A DNA stretch of 56,805 nt from Bacteroidota bacterium. GTDB taxonomy: Bacteria > Bacteroidota > Bacteroidia > Bacteroidales > VadinHA17. The translations under genes were made by a program, and so were the position numbers. Shown here piece by piece: positions 50,627 through 56,805 of this stretch. Under the pieces are notes generated by a model. The model was not told the DNA's origin. It made no database searches and saw only the letters and a list, made by a program, of their open reading frames with translations. The stretch's first letter is position 1. Every line of letters starts with the position of its first letter. The stretch is taken from assembly GCA_011374625.1 (NCBI GenBank), contig DRPN01000168.1, positions 1 to 56,805 on the forward strand, written 5' to 3'.

Positions 50627-50640
50627 ATACCATTAAATTT

Positions 50641-52422
50641 CTACAACGCCCTGTGCAGCACCCATTCATTCAAGACGGGTCTGTCACCATCGGGACCAGT
50701 CATTAGTAGACGGAAATACTGACCTGTTACCGGTTCAAAGGATTCGGAATGACCGGAACCTTCGGTAGTTCCTTTCACAACCGTCATCCATTTATCTCCT
50801 TTTTTCACCTGCAGTTCAAACTTCTGGTATTTATGGTTCCAAGGATGCCAGGGCTCCACAATGGAAAAATGTCCGATGGCAATGGGTTCACCCAAATCAA
50901 CCTCTATCCAGGGGTTCTTGTCCCCTGCTGCAGGCATCCATTTGTCTTTCGGATTACCATTAAAGAGATTCTCTACTTTGGTCATATCATCCACCGAAGA
51001 AGCTTTTCCCTCTTTTCCGGCTGAAGGCAACGGCAAAACATCCAGAGTACCTTCAAACTCAAGGGTCACAATGGATATTACCGAATCCGGGGCTTCGGCA
51101 GGAACAGATATTTCCACATGCTCTTTATTGCTTTCTACCTTGAGTTGATTTTCAGGATCTACCAACAAATATGCTTTATTAACTTTGTTTCTCAATGGAA
51201 GTTTTAACATTCCGTCCCGAGGCCAGTCATACACATGCAGATACAATTTATTTCCTTTAAGCGTAGCTCTTCCCCATGGTAGCCAAGAAAAAGGATTGGC
51301 AGTGGTGCCATAAATGGCCTCACTGTTTTTCTTCATCCATCTGCCAACATACCTCAGCCGGTCAATACTGGCCTGCGGAATAAGTCCTTCTGATGTCGGA
51401 CCTACATTCAGCAGAAAATTTCCTCCTTTGGAAACGATCTCTGAAAGCTTCAGCAGCAAGTCTTTTCCTGATTTCCAATTATGATCCCAGGATTTATAGC
51501 CCCAAGTGTCATTCATGGTCATGCACACCTCCCAGTTACGGCCGGGAAAGCCGGTAGCCGGGATGTACTGTTCCGGCGTTTCAAGGTCCCCCTTTATACC
51601 CCCACCCAGCCGGTTATTAGTGATCAGTTTCGGATATTTTGCAATAATCGGCAAAAACTTTTTTGCCCGTTCAGGAGTCATATTTTTCGGGGTGTCCCAC
51701 CACAGAATATCTATCGGACCATAGTTGGAAAGGATCTCCTTTACCTGAGGGACGGCGATTTTGTCGAGGTATTCGTCGAAACTGCCTAATTGGGCAGGAT
51801 CCCAGTGACCATCATGCTCAGCCGTATATTTGTCAATGCGAGCAGAATCCGGGTTCTCCCAGCCGGCACGGGCAAGGACCCTAGAGGCAGCTCCTCCGGG
51901 ATGATTCCAGTCCTGGGCCTGAGAATAATAAAAACCAATATGCATACCCTGTTTTCGGCATGCTTTTACCAGTGGAGCCAATACATCCTTTTGATAAGGC
52001 GTAGCATCGACAATATCCCAGTCCGTTACTTTCGAGTCGAACATACCAAAACCGTCATGATGCTTGGAGGTAATCACCATATACTTCATCCCGGCTTCTT
52101 TGGCCAGTTTCACCCAGGCTTCCGGGTCGTATTTCACCGGGTTAAAGGATTTGGCATATTCCCTGTATTCGGCTACGGGGATCTTGCCCCTGTTCATGAT
52201 CCACTCACCGATTCCTTTGACCTTATGGCCTTTATACACACCGGCTGGCACAGAATATACGCCCCAGTGGATAAACATGCCGAACTTGGCATCTTTCCAC
52301 CATTGCATCTTATCCGCAGGTTGTGAGGTGTTTTGTTTCGTCATCTCTTTTTTCCCGGCGTTTTTACATGCGGGAGTTAGAAGGAAAGCTGTTGTCAACA
52401 AGGCAAACATAAATTTTTTCAT
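50641..52422 (-). CDS. Alpha-L-fucosidase GH29 with a C-terminal F5/8-type (CBM32-like) domain, lipoprotein
   Basis: KFGMFIHWG, TSKHHDGF, LWWD nucleophile, WEVCMTMNDTWGY, GGNFLLNVGP; lipobox TPAC. Confidence 0.93.
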   Translation of the reverse strand: MKKFMFALLTTAFLLTPACKNAGKKEMTKQNTSQPADKMQWWKDAKFGMFIHWGVYSVPAGVYKGHKVKGIGEWIMNRGKIPVAEYREYAKSFNPVKYDPEAWVKLAKEAGMKYMVITSKHHDGFGMFDSKVTDWDIVDATPYQKDVLAPLVKACRKQGMHIGFYYSQAQDWNHPGGAASRVLARAGWENPDSARIDKYTAEHDGHWDPAQLGSFDEYLDKIAVPQVKEILSNYGPIDILWWDTPKNMTPERAKKFLPIIAKYPKLITNNRLGGGIKGDLETPEQYIPATGFPGRNWEVCMTMNDTWGYKSWDHNWKSGKDLLLKLSEIVSKGGNFLLNVGPTSEGLIPQASIDRLRYVGRWMKKNSEAIYGTTANPFSWLPWGRATLKGNKLYLHVYDWPRDGMLKLPLRNKVNKAYLLVDPENQLKVESNKEHVEISVPAEAPDSVISIVTLEFEGTLDVLPLPSAGKEGKASSVDDMTKVENLFNGNPKDKWMPAAGDKNPWIEVDLGEPIAIGHFSIVEPWHPWNHKYQKFELQVKKGDKWMTVVKGTTEGSGHSESFEPVTGQYFRLLMTGPDGDRPVLNEWVLHRAL

Positions 52423-52468
52423 AGTTTATTATTTTGGGGTTTTTATTTTGAATTATTGATATCATTTG

Positions 52469-54013
52469 TCATTTTGTACTCCCTGCCAGACCGGGGAAGA
52501 ACCTTCCCAGATCAAGTGTATCTTTCATTTCTTTCTGCAGTTCTTCCAGTTCGTTAAACAGTTCTTTCACTTTCCCGCGGTATTCTGCTTTCCCGGCCAG
52601 ATCATTGACCTCATCAGGATCTTTTTTCAGATCATACAACAGGACGACCGGTACCTGCGGGTAAACAATCAGCTTATACCCGTCTTTCCGGATCATCCTC
52701 TGATAGTTCAGATAAGCTCCATAGATTGCCGGGTAATAGCTGGTCTTTCGCTCACCTTTAATAATTGGCAGAATACTATGAAAGAATACAAAGTCCGGTT
52801 TCTGCATCCCTGCCAGATCCAAGGCAGTAGCCATCACATCCTGCAGATAGATATCAGTATGTATTTTCTTGTTTTGAGGGACTTCCGGTCCAACTACAAT
52901 GAAAGGCACCCGGATGCTGATATCATACAGATTTTGTTTCCCGGACAGTCCGTGTGCTCCTACGGATAAACCATGATCAGCGGTGAAAAAGATGTAAGTA
53001 TTATCCATTTTCCCTGTCTCTTTCAGGGCTTCCAGAATTCTTCCGATCTGTACATCCATATGCGTGGTGATAGCATTGTACTCCAGCCGGTTTACTTTTA
53101 CAGCATAAGGGGTTCTGGGAAAAGGCATCAGGCGTTCGTCGCGCAGTTTTCTCCCGGAACCGATTTTTTCCCCATAAGGATATTCCGGCAGAAAACTCTT
53201 CGGCAGGGATATCCGGTCCACATCATACATCTCCACAAATTTCCGTGGCGACTGGCGTGGGTCATGCGAAGCATTAAAGGCCAGATACATAAAGAACGGT
53301 TTATCTTTTTGAGCAGCTTCTTGCAGGAAATGAACGGCATCATCGCCCAGCACCTCACTCCAGTGCTTTCCACCTTTCCAGTACCCGCCATAAATAGTAT
53401 GCCACGGCTCCCATACTGTATCCTGCGGACTTTTGGGACGGTTATATCCCTGGGGCGTCTGATTGGGCATCCCGGGTCGCTCATGAATCACATGGTCAAA
53501 AACCAGCTGAGGTTTTACCTTTACATGCCATTTCCCCGTCATATATGTCTCATACCCTGCCTTTTTCATCATCTTTGCCCATAATTCACCCTCTTCAGCC
53601 AATTTTTTTTCCTGCGGCACCATCTTATGAGCTTCCCACAATGACCGGCCTGTATTCAACATCCCACGGCTGGCAACACAAACAGCAGGTGACCATGATC
53701 CCATATTATAAGCATTGGTAATGGATACACCCTCTTGCACCAGCTTATCCAGATTGGGCGTTATGATCTCCGGATTGCCCAGCGCATGTATCATGTCATA
53801 ATTCAGATCATCGGCAAAAATGAAAACGATGTTCGGTTTTTTTACCGATTTCTCCGCGGTTTTCGGGTGACATGAGGAAAAAGTAAAAAAAACAATGATC
53901 AAAACAATCCCCCATACGACAAATAGCAAGTCGAATGAAAAAAATCTTTCTCTATTCATTTTTTTATTAATAATTTCGTTTAAAGATAAAGAATAAAACG
54001 ATTCTTTCAACAA
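52469..54013 (-). CDS. Formylglycine-dependent sulfatase (S1 family); start uncertain (53959 possible)
   Basis: PNIVFIFADD, CVASR..LNTG, GYETYMTGKWH, TADHG, GKQNLYD, LYDLKKDPDE. Confidence 0.92.
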   Translation of the reverse strand: MLKESFYSLSLNEIINKKMNRERFFSFDLLFVVWGIVLIIVFFTFSSCHPKTAEKSVKKPNIVFIFADDLNYDMIHALGNPEIITPNLDKLVQEGVSITNAYNMGSWSPAVCVASRGMLNTGRSLWEAHKMVPQEKKLAEEGELWAKMMKKAGYETYMTGKWHVKVKPQLVFDHVIHERPGMPNQTPQGYNRPKSPQDTVWEPWHTIYGGYWKGGKHWSEVLGDDAVHFLQEAAQKDKPFFMYLAFNASHDPRQSPRKFVEMYDVDRISLPKSFLPEYPYGEKIGSGRKLRDERLMPFPRTPYAVKVNRLEYNAITTHMDVQIGRILEALKETGKMDNTYIFFTADHGLSVGAHGLSGKQNLYDISIRVPFIVVGPEVPQNKKIHTDIYLQDVMATALDLAGMQKPDFVFFHSILPIIKGERKTSYYPAIYGAYLNYQRMIRKDGYKLIVYPQVPVVLLYDLKKDPDEVNDLAGKAEYRGKVKELFNELEELQKEMKDTLDLGRFFPGLAGSTK

Positions 54014-54074
54014 TAGATAATCAGTTACTTTAATTACAAAAATTACAAACTACGCTTTTCGGCACTTCTTCCTT

Positions 54075-55979
54075 TTACCATACTTCCAGCCTTACTTTCC
54101 CCGTTGTAATATCTTCAAAAGGTCCCGGAGTCGGATTCTTATCATTTCTCATATTATCGAAATAGTCGGTATCAATCTGCAACGATGTTGCGTCCGGATT
54201 TTCAAAAGGCAACCGGGAAATTTTTGTCCTTCCCAGAAACGCTGTAGTAATAAACGGATTTTCCATATTTTTCAATGAGTCCGGTAAAGTTAAACTTAAA
54301 TATACATGTTCCCCCTTATCCTCTATATTTATCTCAGGATCAAAACCCGATTCTGCCAGATAAGCGGGTTCCAACCTGTATGGTTTCGTTCCGTTCAGGT
54401 ATACATTCCCGGCCAGCATCATTTTATGGGAAGATAAATCGTACACTGCCAGACCCCATGCGAACCACATGTAATGCCTGTTGTCGGAAATTTTAAAAGA
54501 TTTACGTGCGGCAGGTATCATAAAAATATTATTGTAGTACCTCTGCTGACCGTCATGTATATTCCGTAATCCGGCCACCTGGGTCGAATGAGCAAACATA
54601 TAGGGGGTATACCGGTTTCTCTCTTCATACACCTCCAGATATCCGGCCATCAGGTTATGGACAAAGGCTGCTCCTTCACTCCAATTTCTCAGACTTTTAG
54701 GAGAAAAAAATAGGTTGTTATCCACAAGAAAAGGTCCGTGATCCACTTCCACGAAAAGGTCTTCTTCGGTATTGTCATAAAGCAGGTTTCCTGAAACACG
54801 TGTTCCCTGGGCCATCCAGTCGAGCCAGATGCCCCTTCCCGTATTGTGGATACGGTTGTGCCTGATCAGCACATCTATGGCAGCATGTATCTTGATCCCG
54901 GCAATTTCGGCTCCTGAGAATAGTCTTTTTGTCCAGATATTATAAATATGATTGTCATAGACCTGACTGAAAACAGCTCCAAGACTCCCGACGATCCCTG
55001 CCTGTTCGCAGTTGAAAATAACATTGTTCCGGACAATATGGGATCCGATCTTTTCTTTCGACCAACCTTCTTTCAGTGCCTTAAAGATTACTTCATTATA
55101 GTGAGTAGCGCCATCTATACAGGGATTCTTCGACCAGACATTCTGACCACTTTTCCGATCCTTCCCAAGGGTGATCCCTGCACATTTGGAATCACTTATC
55201 ACATTATCCTCAATGATCCAGCCTTTGCTCCAGTGCGTCCCTAGTAAACCGATCTGTTCGGCCGTAGGGGGCGCCCAGGGAGTAGCAGCCTGTTGCATGA
55301 TAAAACCTTTCACCGTGATATAATTCACACCGGATTTATCAGGATAGAAACATGCCCGGCGCACATTGATTTCCACATTTTCCCTGTTGGGATTGAATCC
55401 ATGGAAGCAGGCATAGATGTATGTGTTATTCTTATCTGTTTCACAATACCATGGGTAAAGTTTTTTCCCATTTACTTCCAACGTTTTTGCCTTGAACAGA
55501 TTTTCCAGGGTAGCCGATTCGTACAGTGATTTTCCGTTGAGATAAACTTCTCCGGAGTGATGAACCCTGCCATGATCATAAAACCAGTCACCATGCAGGA
55601 TCTCTTTGTACGGATTAAAATCCCCGAAAAAAGTATTCGGAAGGATCACTTTCCATACATCGCCCTTGAACTTTTTCCATCCTTTGATCACTTCCGACCC
55701 TTTGATCACCACTTTCTCCCGGTCGCCGGCCCGGTAAACAATCCTTTTTTCATCGGACTCTCCGCCGCGTGGCGGTTTAACCCATTCGCGGTACACCCCC
55801 TCATGTACAACAATCACATCGCCGGCCATAGCCTCCCGGGCAGCATGTGAGATCGTACGGAATGGAGCTGCAATGGTTCCGTTATTCGTGTCGTTTCCAT
55901 GCACAGAAACATGGTATTCCCTCGCAAAAGCAAAAGATACTGCCAGGAAAACAAACAATACGGAAAAAATTTTTTTCAT
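54075..55979 (-). CDS. Secreted right-handed beta-helix glycoside hydrolase, GH120 (beta-xylosidase-like)
   Basis: Signal peptide, DUF1565-like start, WAPPTAEQIGLLGTHWSKGWIIEDN, AEIAGIKIH, IWLDW.AQG, FVEVDHGP. Confidence 0.8.
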   Translation of the reverse strand: MKKIFSVLFVFLAVSFAFAREYHVSVHGNDTNNGTIAAPFRTISHAAREAMAGDVIVVHEGVYREWVKPPRGGESDEKRIVYRAGDREKVVIKGSEVIKGWKKFKGDVWKVILPNTFFGDFNPYKEILHGDWFYDHGRVHHSGEVYLNGKSLYESATLENLFKAKTLEVNGKKLYPWYCETDKNNTYIYACFHGFNPNRENVEINVRRACFYPDKSGVNYITVKGFIMQQAATPWAPPTAEQIGLLGTHWSKGWIIEDNVISDSKCAGITLGKDRKSGQNVWSKNPCIDGATHYNEVIFKALKEGWSKEKIGSHIVRNNVIFNCEQAGIVGSLGAVFSQVYDNHIYNIWTKRLFSGAEIAGIKIHAAIDVLIRHNRIHNTGRGIWLDWMAQGTRVSGNLLYDNTEEDLFVEVDHGPFLVDNNLFFSPKSLRNWSEGAAFVHNLMAGYLEVYEERNRYTPYMFAHSTQVAGLRNIHDGQQRYYNNIFMIPAARKSFKISDNRHYMWFAWGLAVYDLSSHKMMLAGNVYLNGTKPYRLEPAYLAESGFDPEINIEDKGEHVYLSLTLPDSLKNMENPFITTAFLGRTKISRLPFENPDATSLQIDTDYFDNMRNDKNPTPGPFEDITTGKVRLEVW

Positions 55980-56118
55980 AATTATTATGGCATTATAAAT
56001 TTCTAAAATACAAAATCATCTGTAAACTAACAAAAAAAGAACATGAAATAAACATGAATTTTTTTAATTCGCCAAAAGGCAGACAATCCGTCAGGTGACG
56101 GACAAAGTAGGGGTGAAT

Positions 56119-56140
56119 TTTACGCCGCTAGCGGCGTAAA
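56119..56140. repeat. Perfect 22-bp palindrome
   Basis: TTTACGCCGCTAGCGGCGTAAA is its own reverse complement. Confidence 0.9.
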
Positions 56141-56220
56141 TATTATTAACAATCCCATAATGATACCCTGACTCCTTGCAGTGGGGAGATTCATTCAAAA
56201 ATTTTCACAGGAAATTGAGT

Positions 56221-56320
56221 GAAAAAATTCCTGTGAGAGTGAACCGAGCACAGCGAGCTCACGAACAGTTTCACTGTGAGTAACCGTCTACATGTGTGAA
56301 GAAAATCTTTATTTTCTTCA
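56221..56320. repeat. Dispersed 100-bp hairpin-containing repeat, copy B
   Basis: Inverted 90/100 match to 16061-16160. Confidence 0.92.
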
Positions 56321-56395
56321 TTTTATAAAAAAAATTTTATAATCACATGAAAAAAAAATTCATCATAAACTTCACCGGGAAAGATATTTATAAAG

Positions 56396-56423
56396 TTTCT
56401 ACGTAGAATACTACGTAGGTGCT
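56396..56423. repeat. 28-bp palindrome (CTACGTA-type), copy B
   Basis: TTTCTACGTAGAATACTACGTAGGTGCT; related to 18921-18948. Confidence 0.55.
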
Positions 56424-56660
56424 CAAAAATCAAAGCATTGCTCAAAGCAATACTTTTACTGAAATTCCTGTTTCTTAACAGAAGTGAAAAACAGTGATAT
56501 TCATAAGTTCTGATCTCAAACCAAAACCATATTTATATGAAACAAACATTTCTTAACCACCTCCTTTCAAGCGGGTTTTTTTGACTTCTTTTTCAGCCCC
56601 AAATCGCCCTTGGCACAATGTGTTCCATGACAGAATCAGCATTATTCACATTGTGTCTAA

Positions 56661-56805
56661 TCAATCAGTTTTTTTCTTTTGTTTTTTCAGGCGGCCGTTT
56701 TTCCTCAGTGCCTGGTCAATGATCCACTCTATTTGACCGTTGATGCTCCGGAACTCGTCAGCTGCCCATTTCTCGAGGGCTTCCATTTTTTCCGGATCAA
56801 TCCGC
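56661..56805 (-). CDS. Small Arc/ribbon-helix-helix DNA-binding protein, 5' end outside the window
   Basis: Manual translation: ...RIDPEKMEALEKWAADEFRSINGQIEWIIDQALRKNGRLKKQKKKTD*. Confidence 0.8.
   Translation of the reverse strand, partial: RIDPEKMEALEKWAADEFRSINGQIEWIIDQALRKNGRLKKQKKKTD

Overview
This 56.8 kb window is a mostly core-genome segment from a Bacteroidota bacterium, probably an anaerobic Bacteroidales-like organism. The assignment rests on TAnnTTTG-type -7 promoter elements, a T9SS C-terminal domain and typical gene order. It carries an acyl-CoA dehydrogenase/EtfAB operon, a COG2403 P-loop enzyme (cDPGS/arginine-synthetase-like), acpH, purH-mreBCD-mrdA-rodA, rsmA, malY-carA, two TlpA-like lipoproteins, lpxH, a membrane pyrophosphatase, dnaB, ispE, a carboxyltransferase plus biotin carrier, tgt-lptG, GT2-ECF sigma-rsmG, rpmH, PASTA-T9SS cargo-rluD-ddl, gcvP, pcm, a sugar transferase, thpR, elbB and a GH120-sulfatase-GH29 glycan cluster. 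I saw no tRNA, rRNA, CRISPR array, transposase or integrase. The less ordinary signals are mainly non-coding: (1) a 100-bp hairpin-rich repeat present twice, 40 kb apart and inverted, with 90/100 identity; (2) several short dispersed palindrome families, one with compensatory base changes, and a dense cluster of them near 56.1-56.5 kb; (3) a solo AbrB/MazE-like gene between rluD and ddl, preceded by a 24-bp-period tandem repeat and bracketed by an in-frame 12-bp direct repeat. All protein calls come from motif recognition, not database searches. I cannot demonstrate a new system here; the findings are leads.
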